Assembly (NCBI GenBank): GCA_013239625.1
Contig: MU053432.1
Coordinates: 421,422-484,279, forward strand
Origin: Lama guanicoe
Lineage: Eukaryota
Reading direction: 5' to 3'
DNA: 62,858 bases
Shown: piece after piece, positions 62,611 to 62,858 of the stretch
How positions within the stretch are numbered: position 1 is the stretch's first letter
How the letters are laid out: the number at the start of each line of letters is the position of its first letter
Made by a program: the position numbers and the translations under genes
The notes under the pieces: generated by a model
Seen by the model: the letters and a program-made list of their open reading frames with translations, nothing else
Database searches by the model: none
Told to the model about the DNA's origin: nothing

Positions 62611-62858
62611 GAAAGCCCTGCCCCAGCTCCTTCCCACCTCCCGCCCCCGCCCCACCGCGTCTCTGTTCTCTTCAGGGCCTCTCTGGGCAGCTCCAACCTT
62701 AGTTCCTCTGTCTCCTGTGTCTGCATCTGGCCATCAGTTTTCTTCCCTCTCCCGTCTGGGGTTCCCATCTGAGAGTTGCGTCCCAGCCCCAGCCTCCAAT
62801 TCCCTACTTTAAACCTAAGCCTACTGTCCCTAGGCTTCTATTCGAAGCCGCCCTTCCC

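Overview
This is mammalian genomic DNA, most likely a camelid, judged from three tRNA-derived SINEs that resemble the Vic-1 family. It is a gene-dense block syntenic with human 2p13.1, in reverse order: LBX2 last exon (+), TTC31 (-), CCDC142 (+), MRPL53 (+), MOGS (+), WBP1 (-), INO80B (-), RTKN (+), WDR54 (-) and the start of C2orf81 (+). I reconstructed the exons by hand from GT-AG boundaries and frame continuity. TTC31, CCDC142, MRPL53, MOGS, WBP1, INO80B and RTKN assemble into intact ORFs. WDR54 lacks two internal exons at an assembly gap. The C2orf81-like exons at the right end carry two in-frame stops and are strongly diverged. Introns and intergenic DNA hold SINEs, L1/L2/MIR fragments, two LTRs and DNA-transposon MITEs. 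I found no prokaryotic-type system such as CRISPR. The best leads are isoform and regulatory structures: a candidate extra RTKN first exon behind a full CRE, an RTKN exon that would remove the PDZ-binding tail, a dual-use WBP1 first exon, a hairpin-enclosed uORF in the WDR54 leader, and the degenerate C2orf81 copy. All comparisons with human or mouse proteins and all repeat-family names are from memory, not from database searches.
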